Source of the DNA: Calditrichia bacterium
GTDB lineage: Bacteria; Calditrichota; Calditrichia; JAJRVZ01
Direction of reading: 5' to 3'
Assembly: GCA_963796965.1 (NCBI GenBank)
Contig: CAWCNS010000007.1
Span: forward strand, 96,001-160,000
Length of the DNA: 64,000 bases
Under the pieces are notes generated by a model. The model saw only the letters and a list, made by a program, of their open reading frames with translations. It was not told where the DNA came from and did no database searches. The translations under genes were made by a program, and so were the position numbers. Shown piece after piece: positions 52,167 through 62,197 of the stretch; positions within the stretch are counted from its first letter, which is position 1; each line of letters begins with the position of its first letter.

Positions 52167-52227
52167 GTCAACCTGAACTTGTTTCAGGTTCTCCTATTTT
52201 AAGATTCCGAAATAAATTCGGAATGAC
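52167..52227. repeat. 61-bp REP-like doublet
   Basis: Arms identical to 10180-10240, with a different 9-nt spacer. Confidence 0.9.
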
Positions 52228-52319
52228 ATTTTAGTGGATACTGTATTTTGGGAAATTTATATCTATTTTTTTGTATACCATGTAAGCAAAACGAACTTTT
52301 CAACAATGGAGAATTATAA

Positions 52320-53090
52320 ATGAGTCAGTTTATGGGTGAGTTTGAATTAAAAAAGATGATTTGTGAGATTGGGAAACGGGTTTGGACCCGCGGTTATGTA
52401 GCCGCAAATGATGGAAATATATCCGTTAAGATGAATGACAAGGAAGTATTAACTACGCCCACTGGTGTGAGCAAGGGATTTATGACACCGGATATGATAA
52501 TCAAAATAGATCTTAACGGAAAAGTTCTGTCAGGAAATTCGAAATTCCGTCCCTCCAGTGAAGCAAAGATGCATCTCGATGTTTATGATCAACGGCCGGA
52601 TGTAAAATCGGTACTTCATGCACATCCACCTTATTGTACCAGTTTTGCAGTGGCCAACATTCCCCTAAACAAATGTGTATTGCCAGAAGCAATAATCGTA
52701 ATCGGATCTGTTCCTATCGCCGAATATGGTCTGCCTTCCACAGATGAATTACCGGATGCCATACGCCCCCATCTCCAAAAATCAGAAGCGATTCTTATGC
52801 AAAATCATGGTGCTCTTACCCTGGGCCCCGATTTGCTTACCGCCTATCATCGTATGGAAACATTGGAACATACGGCTCATATCGTCCATCTGGCACGTCA
52901 ATTAGGCAATGTTAATGTCCTGCCGCAGAAAGAGGCAGATCGATTGATGGATATACGTGACCGATTTAATATTCCCGGAAAAATCACGGCCTGCCAGGCT
53001 GCAGAGTCGGTTGGTAACTCAAAGTCAACCTCAGATGACACGGTAAAAGATATCACAAAGAGGGTGTTGGATAGGTTGCAAGGATCTTAA
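52320..53090 (+). CDS. Class II aldolase (rhamnulose/fuculose-1-phosphate aldolase-like) with C-terminal encapsulation peptide
   Basis: DGNISV, TPTGVSKG, PSSEAKMH, VLHAHP, MQNHG, tail DTVKDITKRVLDRL. Confidence 0.9.
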   Translation: MSQFMGEFELKKMICEIGKRVWTRGYVAANDGNISVKMNDKEVLTTPTGVSKGFMTPDMIIKIDLNGKVLSGNSKFRPSSEAKMHLDVYDQRPDVKSVLHAHPPYCTSFAVANIPLNKCVLPEAIIVIGSVPIAEYGLPSTDELPDAIRPHLQKSEAILMQNHGALTLGPDLLTAYHRMETLEHTAHIVHLARQLGNVNVLPQKEADRLMDIRDRFNIPGKITACQAAESVGNSKSTSDDTVKDITKRVLDRLQGS

Positions 53091-53324
53091 TGCTTGATGC
53101 TGGATATGAGATTTGGGATCTGTGATGTGAGATATAGGCACCGGGTTTGAGATACCTGATATGAGTTTCGTGATGCATGATACGAGATACGGGATAAACA
53201 GAATTTAAGAATAGAATCCTGAGATACAATATGTACCAGAATTCCTCTGATGTGAGGAATTGATTATACACCGCAATATTTAGTATTTCAAATCCCAAAT
53301 CCCAAATCTCAAATCGGGTATCTT
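53088..53324. repeat. Heptamer-repeat inverted element (GATNNGN / AATCCCA arms)
   Basis: GATGCTG GATATGA GATTTGG GATCTGT GATGTGA..GATACGA GATACGG on the left; AATCCCA AATCCCA AATCTCA on the right. Confidence 0.75.
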
Positions 53325-53449
53325 GAAAGTTTTCTGAGCAATAGTATCCAGAATCCACCCCATTTGATATTTCCAAAAATTCTACCTATTTTTAATTAGA
53401 GATTTTAACACCACCTACCTGTAATATTTCAAGTTTAGGAGAAAATAAG

Positions 53450-54631
53450 ATGAAGATTCTTATTGCCAATCCAGGAAGTACATCCTATAAGTGTAAATTA
53501 TATGATATGGATACTATGGCAATACTTTTCCAGGCCAGTGTGGAGCGTATTGGTGATAAACAGGGTATTTATACCTATTGGGTAGAAGACGGTGAGGCTA
53601 AGCGAACGGAGCTTGCCATTGCTGACTATCCTTCGGCGGTTAACCTGACGCTTGAAAATATAAAAGAGGTAACGCCTCTCGAAAATTTGGCAGCTGTTGG
53701 CTTTAAGACCGTTCATGCTAAGGGTGTAAGTGGATGCGTGGAATTATCTTCGGAAGTCCTGAAAGCAATGCAAGAGTATATGCCCCTTGCGCCAGTCCAT
53801 ACACAGGTTTACTTAACTGCTATTTCCGTCTTTAAAAAATTATTAATCAGCACACCTCTTGTGGGGTTGTTTGAGACGGCTTTCCACAAACAAATACCTC
53901 CGGAAGCGTATCTTTATGGTATTCCCTATGATTATTACAAAAAACATGGGATTAGAAAATATGGTTTTCATGGTGCATCGCACCGCTATATTGGTGAACG
54001 CGTCAAGGAGTTATATTTTAAAGAACAAGAATCCTGGAAAGTAATATCCTGCCATCTCGGCGGAAGCTCATCTGTCTGTGCAATAAAGGACGGTATTTCG
54101 ATTGATACCTCAATGGGAATGAGTCCCCAAAGCGGATTGCTAAATTCAAATAGGGTGGGTGATCTCGATTCCTATGCCTTATTATATTTGATGGAGAAAG
54201 AAAGTTGGTCTATAGAGCATGCAGGAAATGAGTTGATGACAAAAGGCGGCCTTTTAGGTATCTCAGGAATCAGTGGCGATTTTAGGGATGTAGAAGAAGC
54301 AATGGAAAAAGGTGACGAAAGATCTGTTTTAGCCTTCAAGACCTTCGCCTATTATGTAAAGCGGTATATCGGCGAATATATGGCAGTTTTGAATAAGGCC
54401 GATTGTATTGCTTTTACGGCAGGTGCCGGGCAAAATTCACCAAAACTGAGAACGGAGATTTTACGCAATATGGAGAACCTGGGAATTGTCCTGGATGAAG
54501 ATAAAAACAATGCAAATCCTAAGGAGGGCTTGATCTCTGCAGAAAATTCAGATATCCGGATAGCTATAATTCCAACCAATGAAGAATTGGTTGTAGCGCG
54601 GGAAGTCCAGAACTATCTGAATTCAAAGTAA
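53450..54631 (+). CDS. ackA: Acetate/propionate family kinase
   Basis: NPGSTSYK, LAPVH, FETAFH, RKYGFHGASH, CHLGGSSS, DTSMGMSP, FTAG, IPTNEE. Confidence 0.9.
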   Translation: MKILIANPGSTSYKCKLYDMDTMAILFQASVERIGDKQGIYTYWVEDGEAKRTELAIADYPSAVNLTLENIKEVTPLENLAAVGFKTVHAKGVSGCVELSSEVLKAMQEYMPLAPVHTQVYLTAISVFKKLLISTPLVGLFETAFHKQIPPEAYLYGIPYDYYKKHGIRKYGFHGASHRYIGERVKELYFKEQESWKVISCHLGGSSSVCAIKDGISIDTSMGMSPQSGLLNSNRVGDLDSYALLYLMEKESWSIEHAGNELMTKGGLLGISGISGDFRDVEEAMEKGDERSVLAFKTFAYYVKRYIGEYMAVLNKADCIAFTAGAGQNSPKLRTEILRNMENLGIVLDEDKNNANPKEGLISAENSDIRIAIIPTNEELVVAREVQNYLNSK

Positions 54632-54714
54632 AAAGGGTTTAGGCATTTTATCCAGAGCCCCTTGGGCTCGCCCTCCGGGCCTGCTCCGTTTTGCGGGGTC
54701 AAATTTAGAAAGAC

Positions 54715-54956
54715 TACCACAAAGTTCACAAAGGAGGCACTAAGATCACAAAGTAATTATAAAAAGTTTTTTATTGTGCCTAGTGTTTATAGTATTTTTT
54801 CACGCAAAGACACAACGACCGCAAAGTATCGCAAAGAATTTATTTGAATATTACCATATAATTAAGATAATTTTGGTATATATTATTATTAGTTAAAATT
54901 TATAATTGTATTTTTCTCTTTGTGCACTTTGTAGCCTTCTTGTGTACTTTGTGGTA
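54715..54956. repeat. Family A inverted-repeat element containing a nested CGCAAAG-type arm
   Basis: TACCACAAAGTTCACAAAG..CACAAAG, inner CACGCAAAG..CGCAAAGTATCGCAAAG, right arm CTTTGTGCACTTTGT..ACTTTGTGGTA. Confidence 0.85.
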
Positions 54957-55003
54957 AAAGTCAGATAAACAATTAAGTAATAATTTGATATTTAAGGAAA
55001 AAA

Positions 55004-56509
55004 ATGTCAGACCAGAAAAAATTTATTGGATTTGATTTAGGTGCGGAAAGCGGCCGGTGTGTGGTAGGTGAATTAAAAGAGGGGAAATTAAAATTAACCG
55101 AAGTTCATCGTTTTCCTACACCTAATGTTTCCTATTCCGCAGGTATATTTTGGGATGTCCTTAAAATGTACCAGGAACTATTAAAAGGTCTCAGCCTTGC
55201 CCGGGCGAAATTTGGAAGCACTTATTCAGGAATTAGTATAGACACCTGGGGTGTAGACTATGTTTTGTTGGATGCTGACGATCGTGTTCTTGGCTATCCT
55301 TACCACTACCGCGACAGTAGGAATGATGCGGCCATGGAAGCTTCCTTTGGAATTGTAAAAAAAGAAGATCTTTATAAAAAGACTGGTATTCAGTTCATGC
55401 CTTTTAATACAGTGTTTCAACTGTTTGCTGAAAAAAGAAGTAAAGGTAATTTGCTTCCAAATGCTTCAAAAATGCTTTTAATGCCAGATTTCTTATCTTT
55501 TATGTTATGCGGGCAGGCCAGGAGTGAATACACCATAGCTTCGACTTCCAGCCTGGTTAGCCCTTACAACAGAATGTGGGATGAGGAATTGATTAACAGT
55601 TATGGCCTACCCAGACATATTTTTCCCGACATCATTGAACCTGGAACTATTCTAGGAAATGTCCTGCCCGACATTGCAGAAAAAACCGGTATCAATAAAG
55701 ATATACCCGTTATTGCCGGAGCAGGCCATGATACGGCTGCTGCTGTCGCCTCAGTGCCTGCAAAACCTGGAAATTGGGCTTATCTCAGTTCGGGCACATG
55801 GTCGCTTATGGGGCAGGAATTGAATGAACCATTGATCAACGAGAAAGCATTAAATTATAATTTTACAAATGAAGGCGGGGTGGAAGGAACGATCCGCTTT
55901 CATAAAAATATTCTCGGTTTATGGCCTGTCCAAGAATGCAGAAGATGCTGGCAGGAAAGCGGGACGGAATATTCCTATGCTGAACTTACCCAGATGGCAG
56001 AGGCATGCGGACCAGCAAATTCATGGATAGATCTTGATGATTGGCGATTTGCTAAGACAGGAAATATGCCTGAGATAATTATTAAATATTTGAAGGATAG
56101 TAATCAATCATATGAAGATAGGCCTGACTTTTTAGTACGTGTAATTTTGGAGAGTCTGGCTTTTACTTATAGGGAGAAAATTGCTGAGGTTGAAGAGGTT
56201 ACAGGAAAGCCCGTGGATCGTCTCAATGCTGTTGGGGGAGGGATTCAGAATCAACTTTTAACACAATTTACTGCCGATGCCTTAGACCGGGAAGTTATTG
56301 CAGGACCAATTGAAGGGACTATCATCGGTAATATTGGTGTCCAAGCCATGGCCACTAAAAATGTATCAGATCTTTCAGCCTGGCGTTCTATTGTTGCCGA
56401 CTCTTTTGATGTAAAGATTTATCAACCCAAGAATTCAGCCTATTTTATCGAGAATGAATCAAAATTTCATGGAATACAGATGAATAAAAAGGCAAAAGGA
56501 AAAGGGTAA
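55004..56509 (+). CDS. rhaB: Rhamnulokinase
   Basis: DLGAESGR, IDTWGVDY, YHYRD, TGIQFMPFNT, GHDTAAA, YLSSGTWSL, FTNEGG, KNILGLW. Confidence 0.9.
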   Translation: MSDQKKFIGFDLGAESGRCVVGELKEGKLKLTEVHRFPTPNVSYSAGIFWDVLKMYQELLKGLSLARAKFGSTYSGISIDTWGVDYVLLDADDRVLGYPYHYRDSRNDAAMEASFGIVKKEDLYKKTGIQFMPFNTVFQLFAEKRSKGNLLPNASKMLLMPDFLSFMLCGQARSEYTIASTSSLVSPYNRMWDEELINSYGLPRHIFPDIIEPGTILGNVLPDIAEKTGINKDIPVIAGAGHDTAAAVASVPAKPGNWAYLSSGTWSLMGQELNEPLINEKALNYNFTNEGGVEGTIRFHKNILGLWPVQECRRCWQESGTEYSYAELTQMAEACGPANSWIDLDDWRFAKTGNMPEIIIKYLKDSNQSYEDRPDFLVRVILESLAFTYREKIAEVEEVTGKPVDRLNAVGGGIQNQLLTQFTADALDREVIAGPIEGTIIGNIGVQAMATKNVSDLSAWRSIVADSFDVKIYQPKNSAYFIENESKFHGIQMNKKAKGKG

Positions 56510-56600
56510 AAGGTAAAAGTAAAAAGGAGTAAATAATCAGGGGGATAGATCAACAGGTCAATCAGGATTTTTTTACCCTTTACCTTTTTACTTTTTACTT
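56487..56600. repeat. Heptamer-repeat inverted element (AAAAGGT / ACCTTTT arms)
   Basis: AAAAGGC AAAAGGA AAAGGGT AAAAGGT AAAAGTA ... TTTTACCCTTTACCTTTTTACTTTTTACTT. Confidence 0.75.
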
Positions 56601-56630
56601 ATTGAAGATTAAGTAGAAACTGGAGGAGTA

Positions 56631-57856
56631 ATGACCAGAGTGAACATCGAATCAGGACTCGATTGTCTTCGATATGAATTTGGAGAAGAAAGAGTTAAAA
56701 GGGCTGTAGATAAGAGTCAAACAATTTAACGTGGAGATACCTAGCTGGATATTCGGAGATTTTGGAGGTGGTCGCTTTGGTGAATTTACACCACCCGGAT
56801 GTGCGCGAAACATATCCGAAAAGCTTGCTGATGCAGCGTGTGTAAATAAATTAACCGGGGCAACGGATCAAGTGGCCGTACATGTTCTGTGGGATTTTTC
56901 ACCTGACGGCCTTACGGGATCAATTGAATGTTGCAGGCGAGGTTGCTAAAGAAGCTGCCAGTAGAGGTCTGAAGCTGGGATCGATTAATCCGACCTACTT
57001 TCTAAAAGGATCGCATCGGGGTAGTTTGTCTTCTCAGGAGTTAATGACCCAAAAAGCATATATTGATCAGACTTTGTTGGCGGGTGAAATCGCCCAAAAA
57101 CTGGGTGTAGGCATTGTTGCTATTTGGTTACCGGACGGATCTAATTATCCAGGACAAATTGATTTACAGAAGTCCATCGCCACCACACGAAATTCCCTTA
57201 AACAGATTGCTGCCAACCTGAGCCCGGATATCAAAGTTCTTATTGAATATAAAGTGTTTGAACCCGGTACCTACAGCACTGAAATTGCAGATTGGGGCTC
57301 TGCTTATTTATTAGCCAAGGATTTTGGTCCTAACGCAGGTGTATTAGTAGATTTGGGACATCACTTCCATTCAGCAAATATAGCCCAGATAGTAGCACGT
57401 CTAATTGATGATGGGATCTATGGTGGATTCCATTTTAATACGCGCTATGCGGCCGATGATGATCATTCTGTTGAGCCAAATGCAGAGATGGCTCGCATTT
57501 TTTACCAACTGGTTCAGGGGGAGGTTGTTTGTAACCCTGATGAGAATAAAAACTGGGCTTATATGATTGACCAATGCAGCGGCCGCGAGAATCGCATGCA
57601 TGCCCTTATTCACTCGGTGGACTCATTACAATATTCCCTTGCCAAATCTTTGCTGGTTGATTCAGAGAAACTCGGAGAGTATCAAGAAGCCGATGAAGTT
57701 ATTTTGGCAAACCGTCTGTTTAATGATGCTCTGTTAAATGCCGATGTCAGACCAATCGTCATGCAGGCCCGTCTTGAAAAAGATTTGCCAGCCGATCCTA
57801 TTGCAGCCTATATAGATAGTGGCTATCAAGCCAAAATTGAACAAGAGCGCGGCTAA
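56631..57856 (+). CDS. L-rhamnose isomerase (RhaI/xylose-isomerase-like); frameshifts near 56712 and 56922
   Basis: EIPSWIFG..GGRFG, HVLWD, SINP, WLPDGSNYPGQ, IEYKVFEP, DWG, VDLGHH, GFHFN..ADDD, MIDQ. Confidence 0.85.
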
Positions 57857-57886
57857 TATAGAAACAAGGGTATTACCTATAAGCAA

Positions 57887-58109
57887 TCTCGCGCAACGCC
57901 GCTACGCCGCAGCGAATTAATTCAGGATTATTGAAATACTGAATGGATATTCTTTATGACGATAGACTACCTGAAGCAGCAAGAGTCCTCTCCCGAGACG
58001 GGTCTCGTTCTGGGACGGAATGACAAGCGTGTAGAGAGTTGATAGTTTAGAGTGTAATCTCAAATAACAAATTTCAAAGTACGAGATGCCTTATGCGTCG
58101 CTGCGTGAG
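57887..58109. repeat. Family B inverted-repeat element with nested REP-like and heptamer pieces
   Basis: TCTCGCGCAACGCCGCTACGCCGCAGCG ... TGCGTCGCTGCGTGAG; internal TCCCGAGACGGGTCTCG..GGAATGAC. Confidence 0.7.
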
Positions 58110-58151
58110 GAAGATTCTCCCCCTAATTCACAAATTATAGGATGATGATTT

Positions 58152-59555
58152 ATGGAACAGAAAAGTGTGATTAAACATCTTAATTCAGTAGAAGAATATG
58201 AACGAACACCGGTACCGAAAGGCAAATGGAAGGGCTGGGGAAGCTTCATTGGTATGTATGCAGGTGAACATACTGCTGGAACAGAATTTGTGATTGGACC
58301 TCTTTTTGTTGCCCACGGTGTTGCAGCCGGTGACCTGGTGCTGGGGTTATTGGTCGGGAATCTGCTTGCCGTGCTTAGCTGGGCGTTTTTATGTGCACCT
58401 GTCGCTACTAAAGAAAGGATCACATTATATTATTTATTAGAAAAAATATGTGGTTCCAAATTAACTCTTGTGTATAATCTGGTAAATGCCCTGATGTTTT
58501 GTTTTCTTGCAGGCTCAATGATTGCGGTTTCTGCGACTGCTGTGGGCATTCCCTTTGACTTGACGATGCCATCATTGAATGATTGGCTGCCAAATAGTAT
58601 AGGTTGGATAATTGCTGTTCTGATTGTCGGGTCGGTTACGACTACGGTGGCGATGTTTGGATATAACCAGGTATCAAGAGTTGCCAACATTGCTGCCCCG
58701 TGGATGATACTCGTTTTTATTGCTGCTGCTGTTGCAGTACTACCAGAATTGGGTATTACATCCTTCTCGCAATTGTGGGATGAAGCGAGTACGAAAATTT
58801 GGACAGGTGTTCCTCTCGAAGGCCAAAGTCAGTTTACTTTCTGGCATGTCATGTTTTTTGCCTGGTTTTGTAATATGGCCATGCATATCGGTATGGCTGA
58901 TATGTCAATTCTTCGTTATGCTAAAAAGTGGTATTATGGCTTTTCATCAGCGACGGGAATGTATGTTGGTCATTATATTGCCTGGTTAGCATCTGGTGTG
59001 TTGTATTCATTGTTTCTCATGGAATCCAATTTTAGTACCGAATTTGCACCCGGCCCGATTGCTTTCCGGGCTGCAGGAATTGCCGGTGCCATCTGTGTTA
59101 TCATTGCCGGCTGGACAACGGCTAATCCTACCATATATCGAGCCGGGTTGGCCTTGCAGGCTATTCGTCCACACTGGAAAACCTGGAAAGTTACTATGGT
59201 CGTAGGGCTTATTACCACCGTGGCTGCTTTCTTTCCGGCGCTGGTTATGAAGTTACTAGAATTTGTTGCTTTGTATGGATTGATATTAATGCCCATGGGA
59301 GCAATTATTATAATGGATGTTTATATTATTCCTCGGTTAGGTCTCAAACAAAATTTCGCAGAGGTTTTTGATAAATCATTCAGTATCCCTGCAGCCCTGA
59401 CCTGGGTCATTGCTCTGGTATTTAGTATGATTCTTAATCAGTATTATGGGGTAGAAGTATTTTTTCTCGGATTACCGGGTTGGTTTGTTGCCGCTTTCGT
59501 TTATGTGTTGAGCAGAAAAATGATGGCTTCGGATAAAGAAAGGAGTCTGGCATAA
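58152..59555 (+). CDS. NCS1/cytosine-permease-like membrane transporter
   Basis: About 12 TM segments, EEYERTPVP, GEHTAGTEFVIG, AGWTTANPTIYRAG. Confidence 0.7.
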   Translation: MEQKSVIKHLNSVEEYERTPVPKGKWKGWGSFIGMYAGEHTAGTEFVIGPLFVAHGVAAGDLVLGLLVGNLLAVLSWAFLCAPVATKERITLYYLLEKICGSKLTLVYNLVNALMFCFLAGSMIAVSATAVGIPFDLTMPSLNDWLPNSIGWIIAVLIVGSVTTTVAMFGYNQVSRVANIAAPWMILVFIAAAVAVLPELGITSFSQLWDEASTKIWTGVPLEGQSQFTFWHVMFFAWFCNMAMHIGMADMSILRYAKKWYYGFSSATGMYVGHYIAWLASGVLYSLFLMESNFSTEFAPGPIAFRAAGIAGAICVIIAGWTTANPTIYRAGLALQAIRPHWKTWKVTMVVGLITTVAAFFPALVMKLLEFVALYGLILMPMGAIIIMDVYIIPRLGLKQNFAEVFDKSFSIPAALTWVIALVFSMILNQYYGVEVFFLGLPGWFVAAFVYVLSRKMMASDKERSLA

Positions 59556-59767
59556 TGAAAATATTATTCAAAATAATAGCGATACTTACCCTTTTTGGTA
59601 CAATTGTTCCTGCTTTTGCTGTTTTTTATGGACATATGGATTTGGAAACATGTAAAATAATTATGGGGACTGCCGCCATAATTTGGCTTCTTACTGGCCC
59701 AATTCTTATGGTAGAGAGGTCAAAGGGTGATGAAGTAGGTTTAGAAAATGGACTTAAAGAGAATTAA
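59555..59767 (+). CDS. Small two-TM membrane protein, translationally coupled to the permease
   Basis: TAATG overlap; two hydrophobic segments. Confidence 0.65.
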   Translation: MKILFKIIAILTLFGTIVPAFAVFYGHMDLETCKIIMGTAAIIWLLTGPILMVERSKGDEVGLENGLKEN

Positions 59768-59815
59768 TATATAGTCAGAAGAACAACTGGTCTCATCTGA
59801 ATTAATAAAATTTCA

Positions 59816-61917
59816 TTATAAGCCGGTACCCTCAATGTAGCGTATGTAGAGTTCCTGAATGCCTTGTGGGTATCCTATAATTGTCAGCCTATCTGATTCC
59901 TGTAAAATTGTTTTTCCACGAGGTATAATAATTTCTTCTTGTCGGTGGATAATAGCCACGAGACAGCCTGTGGGTAATTTAAGATGCTCAATATCTTTGT
60001 CGATAAAGTATGACGTCTCACTATCTCTATCAATACTGAGAGAAAGATAATGGTCGTCGCGTAGAAGAATTTCCTTTATATCCTGTTCATTTTTACCCAC
60101 CCGCCAACGCTCAATAAATGTGTCATCGTCAACATGTGAAGCAATCTGAGCTAAAATGCGCAGATGTTGACCAGGATTATCTTCAGGACTGGCCAGAAAA
60201 AAGAAAGCATAGATGTTTTCATGGGATGCTTCGTCCCCTAAAAATTCACTTTCCATCCCAATACAGGTCCCCACTTTACAACGAACAATTACTAATTCAG
60301 AATGATCAATTTCTGGAAGACGTAAATGCGGAAGGGCAGCCCCATGTGAAACAGGTGTAGCGCCAACCTGTGTGCCTTCTAAAAATGATTTTTTTAATTT
60401 ATCAGGTTCCACTTTTACTCTTTGTGAGAGCGTATGGGCTGCCCGCTCCACAATTTTTTCAAAAGAGATGCTATGCTCAATATCAATGAAATTGGCAGCA
60501 AGCGACGACCGAGTCAAAAGGATCATGATCGCGTAATCCTTTTTCTTTTAAAATACTGCGTAATTCACTGTCCAATCCTTGATACTGTCTCTGTCCTAAC
60601 CTGGCAAAAATATGATAGATGGCTCCTTCCCGTGCGACTTTTCCACTGCGCATAATACATATACCAAATCACGCCCAAAAGCACCAACGATAGAGAGAAT
60701 AATGATGCAATCCAGCCCATTTCAAGAATTAACCAAAGTGGGGCATAATATCCAAAAATTTGCATCCAGGGATATAAGGGTGATCGAAACCCCGGGTCAT
60801 ATGATTCGATCTTACTCTCACGCATGACGATGACAGCTAAAGAAATGAGACTGAAAATTAAAAATTGAAACGCACCGGCGAGTTTGGCAATTTTAACCGG
60901 GTCAAACAATATCAGGATCAGGATGACTATTATTACTGATAAAATGATAGAATTTACTGGTATCTGTTGCTTGGTTAACTTACGCATAAATGAAGGTGCT
61001 AAATGATCACGTCCCATTGCTAATGGATATCGGGAAGAACTTAAAATACCTGCATTAGCAACGGATAAAAACGCAAGAATGGCAGCAACCGTCATGATTA
61101 TAGCACCCCATTGTCCGGTTATGTATTGAGCGGTCGTAGCCACAGGTGTTAAATTGCCGCTCAATGCATCGGCAGGAACGCTACCGATCATGACAATAGT
61201 GCCTATAGCATATACTACTACTGCGGTTAACAATGCTAAAAACATTGCTAATGGAATGTTTTTTACGGGATTTTTCACTTCTTCAGATACACTGGCAATC
61301 TGTGATAATCCCACATAACTCACATATACCAAACCAGCAGTGGAAAATACGGCATTGAGTTCCTGATCAAAAACCCCTTTAATATTGTTTAAATTTAGAG
61401 ATAAAACACCGGTCGCCATAAACCAACTGAGCAGCAGCAATAAACCGGTAACGAATGCGGTTTGAAAAAATCCAGACTTTTTTGCACCAAAAAGATTGAT
61501 AATACCGAATATTACAGCAAACCCTATTGATATTGGTAAAAAATCAAATTCTGGGATAAACAAACTCATGTATGCGCCGATTCCGACCAGTGCGAAGGCG
61601 GTCTTTAAAATTAATGCTAACCAAATACCAATACCTCCGACCGTACCCATCAATGGGCCCATACTGCGGTCGAGGAAAAAATAGACGCCACCCGCGCGCG
61701 GCATGGCAGTGGAAAGTTCAGCTGTGCTAAATAGCGCAGGAATGACTGGAATTGCGGCAATTAAATAACTCAATACCATCAGCTGTGCCTGCCTGGGCAA
61801 AGGCTAAACCGGGTAATAGAAAAAAACCGGAAGCATTGTTGCGCCCGTACCTATTGTATAAATATTAAAAAAACTCAGTTCTTTTTTTAATTGCTTTGAT
61901 GAGCTTAGTATTGCCAT
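59816..61917 (-). CDS. APC-family amino acid permease fused to PTS EIIA-like and TrkA-C (RCK_C) domains; several frameshifts
   Basis: N-terminus LKKELS..IGTGATM, AELSTAMPRAGG, SEEVKNP, SRYPLAMGRD; then GAALPHLR, HLRILAQIA (EIIA); then LVAIIHR..IIPRGKTILQESDRLTIIG (RCK_C). Confidence 0.8.
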
Positions 61918-62197
61918 AATTTCCTATCAATTTGATCTGTAGTATTTGTGTCTGCTAATACTAAGGTAAATTTTGAAAAAATGTAATGCAAAGAAAAAAT
62001 TAAAAATTCATATTTCTGCAATTTGGCCGGATAAAAACTTGAATTGGTTTATGCGGGTTTGCATATTACAACGATAAAAAGACAGAAAATGTTCTAAATT
62101 ATCCATACTTTTGAGACTGATTTGTTATTGATTTTGAAATGAGAAGTTGGACATTTTGCCTACACTTTTAATATTGTGATGTCAATGGAGAATTAAA

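Noticed and set aside
53053..53376. 107-aa minus-strand ORF (also 7840-8028, 23420-23728, 54662-54847, 3390-3599)
   Set aside because: These are translations of repeat elements or intergenic DNA with no protein-like features.
44126..59767. Pdu, Eut or glycyl-radical type microcompartment
   Set aside because: No diol dehydratase, ethanolamine ammonia-lyase or glycyl-radical enzyme is present. The signature enzyme is a class II aldolase with rha genes.
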